Of a stretch of 64,000 nt of DNA, positions 53,442-63,209 are shown piece by piece. Made by a program: the position numbers and the translations under genes. Within the stretch, counting starts at the first letter, position 1. Each line of letters opens with the position of its first letter. The notes under the pieces are model-generated. The model was not told where the DNA came from. It ran no database searches and saw only the letters and a list, made by a program, of their open reading frames with translations. Source of the stretch: Clostridia bacterium (lineage in GTDB: Bacteria; Bacillota; Clostridia; Oscillospirales; CAG-272); the NCBI GenBank assembly GCA_017623355.1, contig JAGAPG010000030.1, forward strand, positions 24,278-88,277, written 5' to 3'.

Positions 53442-54350
53442 ATGCAGGATGAAATAAACGGCGTTATAGTTGTAAATAAGCATAGTGGAGTTACATCTTT
53501 TGATATAGTTTTTAAAATAAAAAAGCTTTTCAATACGAAAAAGGTTGGACATACAGGCACTCTTGATCCTATGGCTACGGGAGTTTTACCTATTTTAGTT
53601 GGCAGGAGCGCAAAGGCGGCGGAATATCTTTTAGAGCACGATAAGGAATACAGAGCGCAAATACAGCTTGGAATAACGACCGATACAGAGGATATAAGCG
53701 GAACTGTTTTGACAAAGAGCGACACTCTCCCAACAAAAAACGATTTTTTTAAGGTATGTGAGTCGTTTGTCGGTGAGATAGATCAAGTGCCGCCGATGTA
53801 CAGCGCGCTTAAGGTGGGCGGAAAAAAGCTTGTTGATCTTGCGAGAGAGGGAATCGAAATTGAGCGTCAGGCTCGAAAAATAAAAATATATTCATTAAAA
53901 GCCGAGGAAGTGGATGAAAAGAGAGGGGTTTACACTCTTTTGGTGAGATGCTCAAAGGGTACATATATCCGCACCCTGTGTGCTGATATTGGGAAAAAGC
54001 TCGGATGCGGAGCGTGTATGAGCGCACTTGAAAGAACGCAAAGCGGCAGCTTCAGAATTGAGGATGCTTATACGATTTCAGAGCTTGAGGAGCTTTCATA
54101 TCAAAAAAGAACTGAGCTTGTTATGCCGCCCGAAAAACTTTTCAGCGATTATCCTGAGATCGTTCTTCCTGATTTTTATTCAAGACTTTGCCATAGCGGA
54201 TGCGAAATATACCAAAGCAAGATAAAGACAAGCTTTGATATAGGGCAGATGGTACGCATATCTGATAAGGACGGTTTTTTTGCTTTGGGCGAGGTGCGTG
54301 AGTACGAGAATGGAAGCGCAATAAAGGCTCTTAAAATGTTTAAATTATAA
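53442..54350 (+). CDS. truB: tRNA pseudouridine(55) synthase
   Basis: GHTGTLDPMATGVLPI catalytic Asp motif. Confidence 0.9.
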   Translation: MQDEINGVIVVNKHSGVTSFDIVFKIKKLFNTKKVGHTGTLDPMATGVLPILVGRSAKAAEYLLEHDKEYRAQIQLGITTDTEDISGTVLTKSDTLPTKNDFFKVCESFVGEIDQVPPMYSALKVGGKKLVDLAREGIEIERQARKIKIYSLKAEEVDEKRGVYTLLVRCSKGTYIRTLCADIGKKLGCGACMSALERTQSGSFRIEDAYTISELEELSYQKRTELVMPPEKLFSDYPEIVLPDFYSRLCHSGCEIYQSKIKTSFDIGQMVRISDKDGFFALGEVREYENGSAIKALKMFKL

Positions 54351-54352
54351 AG

Positions 54353-54380
54353 AAAAATCCCGACACGTGTCGGGATTTTT
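54353..54380. terminator. bidirectional intrinsic terminator
   Basis: Palindrome TCCCGACACGTGTCGGGA (54358-54375), flanked by an A-run and a T-run. Confidence 0.85.
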
Positions 54381-54383
54381 ATT

Positions 54384-55826
54384 TTATTCAATAGTTTTTG
54401 AGCCTTCCTTTTCCATTTTATTAAGATGCTTAAAGAAGTTTACAGTTAATGCTACGGCTACTGTCATAGCAAGAAAATCTGCAATTGGAGAGGCATACAA
54501 GACTCCTTCAAGATCAAAGAAGCGAGGAAGAATAAGCGCTAAGGGAATAAAGAAAACGATATCTCTTAAAAGAGAGGATATTGCCGCGCTCACAGGTCTG
54601 CCTACAGCCTGGAAGAAGATAGAGGACATCTTTATAAAACAGGTAAATGTTACAAGAGATAAGAAAATTCTAAATGTCATTTTTGCGAAGTTAATATAAA
54701 GCTCGGGATCTGATCCGTTGATTCCGAACATAAGCACGAAAATCTCTGGGAAAAGTTCAATTATTAAAGTGGATACTATTCCTACACACAGGGTAAGGAA
54801 AATAATGAGCTTGTAAACCGATTTTACTCTGTCATAGCGTTTGGCACCGTAATTATACCCAATGATAGGCTGAGCGCCGAGGATAAATCCTACTACGATA
54901 TTAAGTATAACTGTGAACACCTTCGTTTCAATGCTGATGGCGGATATTGGAATGTTTGCATCAAAGCCTACAAGCGAGCTTTTCGCGCCGTATGTTGCAA
55001 GCATTATATTGCATACAAGAGAAATTGCCACAATGGAAAGCTGAGTTATAAAGGTTGAGATTCCAAAGCCGAGTGCGCGCTTGAAAACATCAAAGCAGGG
55101 AATAAGGCTTTTTAATGAAAGCTTGAAGGATTTTGTTTTTCTTATAAAATAATAAGCGCATAAAACAAATGAAACGAGCTGACCGATAATTGTTGCATAT
55201 GCAGCGCCCTCAATTCCCCATTTAAATCCAAAAATAAACACAGGGTCGAGGATTATATTTATAATAGCACCTGAAAGAGTAGATATCATAGCAAAAATCG
55301 GACTTCCGTCAGCACGAATAACACTCATCATAGCATTTGTAAGCATATATGGCACGAGTGCGCCGACAACTATCTTGAAATATTGCTTTGCAAGACCGAT
55401 AGAGCCGGGAATCGCAACATTTCCGTTCGCATCTAGAACATCCTCGGTTGCGCCGAATATTTTAAGAAGTGGGTCTTGAAAAATGAAGAACAAAATAATA
55501 AGAATGATGCTTGTTATAAAAGTAACAGTTATCATTGTGCCCATACACTTGTGCGCGCTTTGTGTATCGCGCCTTCCTTGACAAAGGCTAAGGTATGCAG
55601 CGCTTCCGTCGCCGAAGCACCACGAAAACGCCATAGTTATTATTAGTATAGGAAATACGACACCTGTCGCGGCGTTTCCAAGATATCCAAGCTCACTGTT
55701 ACCTATAAATATCTGGTCTACAATATTGTAAAGCGCGCTTATAAGAAGCGACGCGATACAAGGTATGGAAAACTTGAAAAGTAATTTGGAAACCTTTTCT
55801 TCAGCTAAAAAATTTGATTGATCCAA
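54384..55826 (-). CDS. MATE-family efflux transporter
   Basis: 12-TM profile. The N-terminus KLLFKFSIPCIASLLISALYNIVDQIFIG is typical of MATE proteins. Confidence 0.85.
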   Translation of the reverse strand: MDQSNFLAEEKVSKLLFKFSIPCIASLLISALYNIVDQIFIGNSELGYLGNAATGVVFPILIITMAFSWCFGDGSAAYLSLCQGRRDTQSAHKCMGTMITVTFITSIILIILFFIFQDPLLKIFGATEDVLDANGNVAIPGSIGLAKQYFKIVVGALVPYMLTNAMMSVIRADGSPIFAMISTLSGAIINIILDPVFIFGFKWGIEGAAYATIIGQLVSFVLCAYYFIRKTKSFKLSLKSLIPCFDVFKRALGFGISTFITQLSIVAISLVCNIMLATYGAKSSLVGFDANIPISAISIETKVFTVILNIVVGFILGAQPIIGYNYGAKRYDRVKSVYKLIIFLTLCVGIVSTLIIELFPEIFVLMFGINGSDPELYINFAKMTFRIFLSLVTFTCFIKMSSIFFQAVGRPVSAAISSLLRDIVFFIPLALILPRFFDLEGVLYASPIADFLAMTVAVALTVNFFKHLNKMEKEGSKTIE

Positions 55827-55955
55827 AATAAAACCTCCTAAAAAATATTAATTTTGCGGAATCTTTAGATAGATTTTATCAAAGTTACCTGAAAAGCCTG
55901 CCAAAGCAAGCCTTATAAGAATACCATAAAAAGCGCGCAAAAGTCAAGAATAAAA

Positions 55956-55988
55956 TAAAAAATCGGGCGAAAATTTCGCCCGATTTTT
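55956..55988 (-). terminator. intrinsic terminator after the EF-G paralog
   Basis: Stem ATCGGGCGAAA/TTTCGCCCGAT with a T-run on the minus strand. Confidence 0.8.
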
Positions 55989-55990
55989 GA

Positions 55991-58063
55991 TTATTTATTA
56001 GCTTCAGCTATAATTTTTTCAGCTATGCTTGAAGGAACCTCCTCGTATTTTATGAAGCTGAAATCGAATCTTCCTCTGCCTTGAGTTGAAGCACGAAGAT
56101 CTATAACGTATTCCGCCATTTCAGAGAAAGGAACCTCTGCAAGAACCACCTGAGAATCTCCGCTTTCGGAAGGCTCAATACCCATAACCTTTCCTCTGCG
56201 CTTGTTAAGATCGCCGATAACATCTCCAACATAGCTTTCGGGAATAGTTACCTTAAGCTCACCTATCGGCTCAAGAAGCACGGGATTTGCTTTAGCGATA
56301 CCGTCACGGTAAGCTATTGCAGCCGCGAGCTTGAATGAAATTTCATTAGAGTCAACGTCGTGGTAGGAGCCATCGTAAAGGTTAGCCGCGAGGTTTACCA
56401 TAGGATATCCTGCCAAAACGCCCTTTTGCATACAGTCCTTAAGACCTGATTCGACAGCGGGGAAGTAGTTTTTCGGAACTGCTCCGCCAACTACGCTTGT
56501 CGTGAATGTAAGACCCTCTTCCTCACCCGGAGCAAATTTAATCTTAACGTGACCGTACTGACCGCTACCGCCCGATTGCTTTTTATGCTTACCTTCAACA
56601 TCTACGGATTTTTTGATAGTTTCTCTATAAGCTATCTTGGGCTTTTTGAGCTCAACGGCAACACCGAAGCGGTTTTGAAGCTTGGATACCATAACGTCAA
56701 GGTGAATATCTCCGAGGCCTGATATTGTAAGCTGCTTGGTTTCGGAATTGTTTTCGTATTTAAGAGTGGGATCTTCCTCAAGAAGTCTCGAAATACCTGT
56801 GGATATCTTATCCTCGTCACCCTTTGTCTTGGGTGTTATCGCCATGGTCATATAAGGATGCGGGAATTTAATAGGATCATATTTTATATCACTTGAAGAT
56901 GTTGTGAGAGTGTCGTTTGTATTCGTATTTGAAAGCTTAGCGGTAGCGCCGATATCTCCGCAACTAAAGCCATCTATCTCTATTTGGCGTTTTCCGCGCA
57001 TCATAAACATTTTTGCAAATTTTTCTTGCGTACCGGTGCGCGTGTTGCGAAGAACTGTATCCTTGTTAAGCTCACCGTTCATAACCTTGAAGAAGGATAT
57101 TTTTCCAACGAACGGGTCGGCAAGTGTCTTGAATACGAATATAGATGTTTCCGAGGAATCCATATCGATAGGAGTTTCGGAAATATTACCGTTTGCATCA
57201 ACAAGATGCTCAACCTTTCTTGCCAAGGGACGCGGGAAGGATTCTGCAATAGTGTCAAGGAATGTTTTTATACCCCAGTTCTTAACTGCCGAGCCACAGA
57301 AAACGGGAACAATATCACCCGTGATTATTCCGTTATGTATTGCTTCAAGGGCTTCAAAGCGAGAGATTTCTTCCTCGTTGAAGAACTTATTCATAAGCTC
57401 CTCGCTTGTTTGCGCGATAGCCTCAAGCAAGATGTTGTGATATTCCGTGCAAACATCCATAAATTTTTCAGGAATAGCACTCTTTGCATATTCACCCGTT
57501 ATACGCTCGAAGGTGTAGACGCACATTTCAATAAGGTTAGCAAAGCCTATAACCGTATCTCCGTCGATTATCGGAATTTGAATAGGACAAACGTTAAGAC
57601 CGTATTTTTCTCTTATCGCACCGAAAACCTTGTAAAATCTTGCATCGGGATCGTCGAAGTTATTTATAAAGAAAGCTTTTGGAATATTTGCTTCGGAAGC
57701 GAGATTCCAAGCAAGCTCTGTGCCGACCTCTATTCCTGCCTTACCGTCAACGACGATAATAGCAGAGTCGGCAACTCTTACGCACTGTCTTGCTTCTCCC
57801 TCAAAGTCGAAAAAGCCGGGAGTATCGAGAATATTTATTTTAGTGCCGTTCCACAGCATAGGAGCACAGGAAGCGGAGATAGAGCATCCTCTTTTGATCT
57901 CCTCAGGATCATAGTCGCAAACAGTATTTCCGTCAGCTATCGTGCCAAGACGGTCTGTAAGTCTTGAGATAAAGAGCATAGATTCAGCAAGAGAGGTCTT
58001 TCCCGAGCCGCCATGTCCAAGTAATGCAACGTTACGAATACTTTTCGTATAAACCTTTTCCAT
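55991..58063 (-). CDS. elongation factor G family GTPase (stand-alone paralog)
   Basis: G1 motif GHGGSGKTS, then DTPG. The domain IV/V regions are EF-G-like. Start moved to ATG 58063, which has an AGGAGA RBS. Confidence 0.8.
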   Translation of the reverse strand: MEKVYTKSIRNVALLGHGGSGKTSLAESMLFISRLTDRLGTIADGNTVCDYDPEEIKRGCSISASCAPMLWNGTKINILDTPGFFDFEGEARQCVRVADSAIIVVDGKAGIEVGTELAWNLASEANIPKAFFINNFDDPDARFYKVFGAIREKYGLNVCPIQIPIIDGDTVIGFANLIEMCVYTFERITGEYAKSAIPEKFMDVCTEYHNILLEAIAQTSEELMNKFFNEEEISRFEALEAIHNGIITGDIVPVFCGSAVKNWGIKTFLDTIAESFPRPLARKVEHLVDANGNISETPIDMDSSETSIFVFKTLADPFVGKISFFKVMNGELNKDTVLRNTRTGTQEKFAKMFMMRGKRQIEIDGFSCGDIGATAKLSNTNTNDTLTTSSSDIKYDPIKFPHPYMTMAITPKTKGDEDKISTGISRLLEEDPTLKYENNSETKQLTISGLGDIHLDVMVSKLQNRFGVAVELKKPKIAYRETIKKSVDVEGKHKKQSGGSGQYGHVKIKFAPGEEEGLTFTTSVVGGAVPKNYFPAVESGLKDCMQKGVLAGYPMVNLAANLYDGSYHDVDSNEISFKLAAAIAYRDGIAKANPVLLEPIGELKVTIPESYVGDVIGDLNKRRGKVMGIEPSESGDSQVVLAEVPFSEMAEYVIDLRASTQGRGRFDFSFIKYEEVPSSIAEKIIAEANK

Positions 58064-58228
58064 AAAAAGTTCTCCTTCAATATAATAAAATTCTAAATGT
58101 AATAGGTAAATCACATTATATTTAAATTTTATCACACATAAATCTATATTTCAAGTACCTTTTAAACATTTTATCTATATTTAACTAAAATAATGTATAA
58201 AATTTGTGCAAAATCAACAATCAAGAAC

Positions 58229-58261
58229 AAAAAAAAACAAGTGATGGCGCGCCATCACTTG
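58229..58261 (-). terminator. intrinsic terminator after the Na/Pi transporter gene
   Basis: Palindrome CAAGTGATGGCGCGCCATCACTTG (58238-58261), followed by a T-run on the minus strand. Confidence 0.85.
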
Positions 58262-58268
58262 CGAAATG

Positions 58269-60023
58269 TTAAAGCTCAAGATTTACAGTATACTTATCCG
58301 AGTAGCTTGCGAAGTAATTATCGTAAAGCTCATCTCCTGCGCGTAAGGATTTTTTGTATCCGTGCATACCGAGGCTATTATGAGAGATCTCTATAACACA
58401 GTTTGCAATATTGGAGCAGTGATCCGAAATTCTTTCAAGATTTGTAAGAATATCCGAAAGAATAAATCCAAGCTCAATAGTACATTCATTGTTTTTAAGA
58501 CGAACTATATGATTTGTTTTGATAGTGGTCTGTAAGGAATCGATAACCTCCTCAAGCGGCTCTACCTTTATAGCGAGAGATACATCGTTATGCTCAAAGC
58601 TTTTTATGGATATGTCGAGGATCTCGTCGATAGCGTTTATCATAACTCCAAGCTCCTCTTTAGCCTTGTCGGAGAAGGAAAGAGATTTGTCGTGGAGCTC
58701 CTCAATGCTTTCTGTAATGTTTACAGCGTGGTCGGAAAGACGTTCAAGATCGCCGATCATATGAAGAAGCTTTGTAACCTCGTGGCTATCGCTTTCGTTA
58801 AGATCCTGAGATGTCAGCTTCACAAGATAAGAGCCTATTTCATCCTCATAGGAGTCAACCTGTCCCTCTTCCTTGAGAACAGTATCAATGGTTTTTTTGT
58901 CATATCCGTTTATAAGAGTGAACGAACGGCGAAGCGAGGCTGCGGAAATGTGAGCCATATCAACGGCAACGGTGCGAGCTCTTTCGATAGCTACTGAAGG
59001 AGTGGCTAAAAGACGGTTATCAAAGAGAGTATTCTTTTCGTCGTCGGCAGATCTTTCCGGAACGATAATGAATGCAAGCTTTTGAAGCGCCTTGCAGAAG
59101 GGGAGAAGAATAGCCGTACAGCCTATATTGAACAGAGAGTGGATTATAGCTATCCAAGCCTCATTTATATTTTGGCTTATAAAATTGAACTCAAAGATAG
59201 CGTTTGCACTGTAGAAAAGCGAGAGCATAACGGCAGTGCCGATTATATTAAAGGAGAGATGCACTACCGCAACGCGCTTCGCATTTTTGTTTGCTCCTAC
59301 CGATGAGATAAGAGCCGTTACGCAAGTACCTATATTTTGTCCCATTATTATCGGAATGGCAGAGCCAAACGTCACCTTTCCTGTTGAAGAAAGAGCCTGC
59401 AAAATTCCAACGGATGCTGAGGAGCTTTGTATAATAGCAGTAACGACAGCTCCGACAAGAACACCAAGCAAGGGGTTTTGGAATTTAACAAACAGTTCGG
59501 CAAACTGAGGAACGTCCTTGAGACCTGCAACGGAGTCTGACATAATATCCATACCGTATATAAGAGTAGCAAATCCGAGAAGAATGATACCGATATCCTT
59601 TCTTTTCGGGTTTTTCATAAATACGTAAAGAACAACACCGATAAGAGCAAGGATAGGCGTGAACGTTGAGGGCTTAAATATTTCAAGCCAACCGCTTCCG
59701 CTAACGCCTGTAAGGGAGAGCAACCAAGCAGTTATTGTCGTACCGACGTTGGCACCCATTATAACGGGGATAGCTCCCGCAAGCGACAGAATACCAGAGT
59801 TTACAAATCCGACAAGCATAACCGTTGTAGCCGAGGAGCTTTGAATAACGGCTGTAACTCCGGCACCGAGAATGAAGCCCTTTATAGGGTTAGATGTAAA
59901 TTTACTAAGAATAGATTTAAGCTGATTTCCTGCGCTTTTTTCGAGACCTTCGCCCATTATGTTCATACCGAAAAGGAACAAGCAAAGACCGCCGATAAGC
60001 GTTAAAATATCCTTCCAATCCAT
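58269..60023 (-). CDS. Na/Pi cotransporter family protein with a C-terminal PhoU-like domain
   Basis: Duplicated motifs (GAGVTAVIQSSSATT / GAVVTAIIQSSSASV) and a helical PhoU-like tail (ERISDHCSNIA). Confidence 0.85.
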   Translation of the reverse strand: MDWKDILTLIGGLCLFLFGMNIMGEGLEKSAGNQLKSILSKFTSNPIKGFILGAGVTAVIQSSSATTVMLVGFVNSGILSLAGAIPVIMGANVGTTITAWLLSLTGVSGSGWLEIFKPSTFTPILALIGVVLYVFMKNPKRKDIGIILLGFATLIYGMDIMSDSVAGLKDVPQFAELFVKFQNPLLGVLVGAVVTAIIQSSSASVGILQALSSTGKVTFGSAIPIIMGQNIGTCVTALISSVGANKNAKRVAVVHLSFNIIGTAVMLSLFYSANAIFEFNFISQNINEAWIAIIHSLFNIGCTAILLPFCKALQKLAFIIVPERSADDEKNTLFDNRLLATPSVAIERARTVAVDMAHISAASLRRSFTLINGYDKKTIDTVLKEEGQVDSYEDEIGSYLVKLTSQDLNESDSHEVTKLLHMIGDLERLSDHAVNITESIEELHDKSLSFSDKAKEELGVMINAIDEILDISIKSFEHNDVSLAIKVEPLEEVIDSLQTTIKTNHIVRLKNNECTIELGFILSDILTNLERISDHCSNIANCVIEISHNSLGMHGYKKSLRAGDELYDNYFASYSDKYTVNLEL

Positions 60024-60080
60024 TTAAATTTCCTCCAAAAATTAAAAATTTTAAAGCTCCTTTTTATAATATCACGCTTA

Positions 60081-60120
60081 TGTAAAATCTAAAAACGCTT
60101 CTATGTTAAATCTGTGTTAA
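60081..60120 (-). promoter_or_regulatory. possible PhoP-box-like direct repeats upstream of the Na/Pi gene
   Basis: On the minus strand, TTAACA occurs twice (60120-60115 and 60109-60104) at 11-bp spacing, and TTTACA once (60086-60081). The B. subtilis PhoP box consensus is TT(A/T/C)ACA repeats. Confidence 0.3.
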
Positions 60121-60140
60121 AAAGTAAATTTAATATAAAG

Positions 60141-60169
60141 TTGACAAAATATATTATTTGATATATAAT
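60141..60169 (+). promoter_or_regulatory. sigma-A type promoter
   Basis: TTGACA (60141-60146), 17-nt spacer, TATAAT (60164-60169). Confidence 0.6.
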
Positions 60170-60200
60170 TTAGATAAAGTTTTACAAAAAGAAGGTCAAT

Positions 60201-62216
60201 ATGGAAAAAGCGATAAATATTTTTAAAAAAGCAATTCCTTATATACTGCTTTATATATTTGCGAGAATAGGAACACAGCTTGTCTTACACGACGGACTAA
60301 ATGTCGGTGACGATTATTGGTTTCATATGGCGAATATACTCGACAAGTATAAAAGCGTGACTGACGGAAGAGGATTTAGTGCGATAAGCGGAAATCTTGC
60401 TATGGGGCTCGGCTCCGGCGGAGGGCTTTTTTATTCGCCTCTTTCGCATCTTACTGTAGTTATAATGGCTCTCATTCTTGATATTTTTAATGTATCTCTT
60501 ATGAGCGCTTATAAGGTGACACTTGTGTTGTCAGTTTTTGTTTCAGGGGTTTTTATGTATCGCTTTGCGATGCATTTCACAAATGGAAATAAGATAGCAT
60601 CGCTTTTGGCAGGCGCAAGCTATATTCTTTATCCTTATCGACTTTTTGATGCGTTTTGCAGACTTGCATTTGCAGAGGCGTTTTCGTTCTTATTTATACC
60701 GCTTTTCTTTATGGGACTTTATGATATAACTCATTTTGATAAGGAAATAAAGATAATTCCGTTTATTGAGGTCATTCTTGGCGGATCACTACTGTATCTT
60801 TCTCATAATATAACCGCACTTTACGCTTTTTTGGCGGGAATATTATATCTTTTGACAAAAGCTCCTGCTATAATTAAGCTTCTCAAAAATAAAAAATATA
60901 TAATTTATGGCGCGTCATCGGTCTTTTTACTTGTCGGCATAAGCTCAATAGCTCTTTTCTCACAAATGGAGCTTATGGCAACGGATCTTTATAATATAAG
61001 CGATGCGGTAAGAATGTGGACAAACCCTGAGGAGGTCGTTACAAGGGTCGGCGAGGAATGGAACTATTCAGGCTTCTTAAATCTCATATGGTTAAATAAA
61101 AAAGGCATATCAACCTCATTTTTGTTCTCGGGTATAATTATGTTTATTATGGGATGCGCTCTTTGTGTTATCACAGATAAGCTTTTAAAAAGAGTCAAAA
61201 GACTTAAATATTTTCACTTCATTGTTTCCGGAGCAGTGCTTTTTGCAACGGTATCTCTTACTGCAAGACGACTTGAAATATATCTTGGCGCAATAGTTTT
61301 TTATGTCTTATACGTATTTTCTTCTTGCAGAAAGGAAGAGCTGACGGAGAGAAAAATATACAAAAGCACGCTTTTCTGGTTCTCGCTTGGAATGATACTT
61401 GTCCTTTTTTATATGATGAGAGAGCCTTGGGTATGGGAAAAGGTTCCGCAGATAATGAGAAATATTCAGTTCCCGTGGAGAATATGGTCGCTTGTCCAAC
61501 TCTTTATTTCAGTGCTTGTTGGAACAATTGCTTATTATTACTCTAATAAAAAATCGGCAATATGCGCTCTTTGTCTTGTTGTGGGATTTTTCTGTGTCGG
61601 AAATATGGCGTTTATAGAAAAACGTATAGCGGGAGTTTGGGAGAGCGAGATATCCGAAACCTATTTTGACAGGAGCAGTGCAATAGGCTTTAATAAGGAA
61701 TACTGTCCGAGAGTTTTCTTTAATGATGACTATATTCCCGAAAGCTACAGATCTCTCTATTATATAGTAAAGGCAAGAATACCGTATTCTCTTGATAAAT
61801 ACGAGGATTATTCTATAAAGCCAATAGTGCTCAAGGGGAATGGAAAGATAACTGTTAATGAAGCCTTTGCGCCTAAATATGATATGAGCATTGAGCTTAG
61901 CGAGGATTCAATTATACAGCTTCCGCTTCTTTATTATCCCGGGTATGAAATAACTGCTGTAAATGAAAACGGCGATACAGTCACGCTTGAGGGAGAGGAG
62001 CTTGACGGACTCGTTTCGTTCTCTCTTGATAAGGGAAGCTATAGAGTTACAACGGAATATGAAGGAACGACTCTTAGAAAAGTATCAAAGGTGCTTACGG
62101 TAATAGGCGTTATCGTTACGGTTGGTGCTCTATGCTATGCTATTGCTATTGAAACACCTTTTAAGGAAAAAATATTCAAGCTTATAAAAAGAAAAACTAC
62201 TGAAACGGAGAAATAA
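60201..62216 (+). CDS. large polytopic membrane protein, PTPS-related/GT-C-like
   Basis: DDYWFHMANI...GGGLFYSPLSH...YILYPYRLFDAFCRLAFAEAF resembles the 6-pyruvoyl-tetrahydropterin-synthase-related membrane protein family. It has a soluble C-domain and a terminal TM. Confidence 0.5.
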   Translation: MEKAINIFKKAIPYILLYIFARIGTQLVLHDGLNVGDDYWFHMANILDKYKSVTDGRGFSAISGNLAMGLGSGGGLFYSPLSHLTVVIMALILDIFNVSLMSAYKVTLVLSVFVSGVFMYRFAMHFTNGNKIASLLAGASYILYPYRLFDAFCRLAFAEAFSFLFIPLFFMGLYDITHFDKEIKIIPFIEVILGGSLLYLSHNITALYAFLAGILYLLTKAPAIIKLLKNKKYIIYGASSVFLLVGISSIALFSQMELMATDLYNISDAVRMWTNPEEVVTRVGEEWNYSGFLNLIWLNKKGISTSFLFSGIIMFIMGCALCVITDKLLKRVKRLKYFHFIVSGAVLFATVSLTARRLEIYLGAIVFYVLYVFSSCRKEELTERKIYKSTLFWFSLGMILVLFYMMREPWVWEKVPQIMRNIQFPWRIWSLVQLFISVLVGTIAYYYSNKKSAICALCLVVGFFCVGNMAFIEKRIAGVWESEISETYFDRSSAIGFNKEYCPRVFFNDDYIPESYRSLYYIVKARIPYSLDKYEDYSIKPIVLKGNGKITVNEAFAPKYDMSIELSEDSIIQLPLLYYPGYEITAVNENGDTVTLEGEELDGLVSFSLDKGSYRVTTEYEGTTLRKVSKVLTVIGVIVTVGALCYAIAIETPFKEKIFKLIKRKTTETEK

Positions 62217-62217
62217 T

Positions 62218-63093
62218 ATGTCAAACAAGGTAGCTATATTTATGCTGTTCGGTCAATCCAATGCAGTCGGACACGCAATGCCGATGGAAGAAAAGGATAT
62301 TATAAAAGAGCCCCTTAAAAATGTTTGGGGACTTAACAAAGAGCCAAATCGCTCTTACGATACGGAGTCGCTTAAATTTTCGGGATACACCAGCTATGGA
62401 ATGAATCTTGCGGAAACTCAGGATAACACATATTCCGTTGCAAACTGTCTTGCGCGTCTTTGGCAAGACGAGATAGATAACGGAAACGAGGCAGGCTTGC
62501 CCGATCTTTATATAATCCATATAGCGATAGGGGCGCAAGGGCTTTACGGAATGTGGCATCCCGATCGAGAAAAAAAGCTTATTCCGGGAAAGCTTGGAGA
62601 TGTGGATATATCTATGTATCCTTTGGCGACTCACGTTCTTAGCCTTCTTAGAAAGCATCTCAACAAATGCGGTCTTGAGCCCGATTTTGTAGGACTTCAC
62701 TGGAGAGGCGGAGAAGAGGAAAGAATTTACGGTCTTGATATTTTCAACCTTGATCTTAAAAATATGTATAAGAGATTTTTCAAGGGCTTAAGAGATGCTA
62801 TGGGATATAATTTTCCGATAATTCTTCACAGAATGCCGTACGTCGATGCTATGATGAAGGAGGATCCTACAGGCGGACGCTTAAAGGCTATGGAATATAT
62901 GAACAATGTATTTGAGGAGCTTAGCAAGGAGCAGGAGCTGACATCTACCTTTGAGCCGTTAAACGCGCCGCATTATGATCCAAACGCTTGGGATAAAAAT
63001 ATGTTCAGATGGGATCTTATCCATTATACGGGTAAAACTAACGCATGGGTAGCTGAGGAAATTTTCAAGGATTTCAAAAACAGGAATAAATAA
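62218..63093 (+). CDS. SASA-type (sialate O-acetylesterase-like) carbohydrate esterase
   Basis: N-terminal FMLFGQSNAVGH motif (GQSN). The gap to the upstream gene is 1 nt. Confidence 0.65.
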   Translation: MSNKVAIFMLFGQSNAVGHAMPMEEKDIIKEPLKNVWGLNKEPNRSYDTESLKFSGYTSYGMNLAETQDNTYSVANCLARLWQDEIDNGNEAGLPDLYIIHIAIGAQGLYGMWHPDREKKLIPGKLGDVDISMYPLATHVLSLLRKHLNKCGLEPDFVGLHWRGGEEERIYGLDIFNLDLKNMYKRFFKGLRDAMGYNFPIILHRMPYVDAMMKEDPTGGRLKAMEYMNNVFEELSKEQELTSTFEPLNAPHYDPNAWDKNMFRWDLIHYTGKTNAWVAEEIFKDFKNRNK

Positions 63094-63100
63094 AAAACAA

Positions 63101-63129
63101 AGCATCTTGATTTTTCAAGATGCTTTTCT
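63101..63129 (+). terminator. intrinsic terminator
   Basis: Stem AGCATCTTGA/TCAAGATGCT followed by TTTT. Confidence 0.8.
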
Positions 63130-63133
63130 CGTA

Positions 63134-63162
63134 TTGACATTTGATATATAATATGATAAAAT
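63134..63162 (+). promoter_or_regulatory. sigma-A type promoter (extended -10) for the marR-ABC operon
   Basis: TTGACA (63134-63139), 17-nt spacer, TGA-TAAAAT (hexamer 63157-63162). Confidence 0.6.
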
Positions 63163-63163
63163 A

Positions 63164-63192
63164 GTTGCAGATGCAACAGTTGCAAATGCAAC
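63164..63192. promoter_or_regulatory. tandem 14-bp palindromic operators (putative MarR sites)
   Basis: GTTGCAGATGCAAC (63164-63177) and GTTGCAAATGCAAC (63179-63192), immediately downstream of the -10. Confidence 0.6.
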
Positions 63193-63209
63193 TTTATTAG
63201 GAGAATGAT

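Noticed and set aside
56984-57967. 327-aa plus-strand ORF inside the EF-G gene, and similar long antisense ORFs at 29369-30232, 5276-6073, 42500-43345, 43409-44167, 10615-11301, 33769-34398 and 2418-3014
   Set aside because: All lie fully antisense to genes with strong family motifs. Their translations are low-information (Ile/Phe/Tyr/Ser/Arg-rich) with no recognisable motifs, as expected from stop-poor antisense frames.
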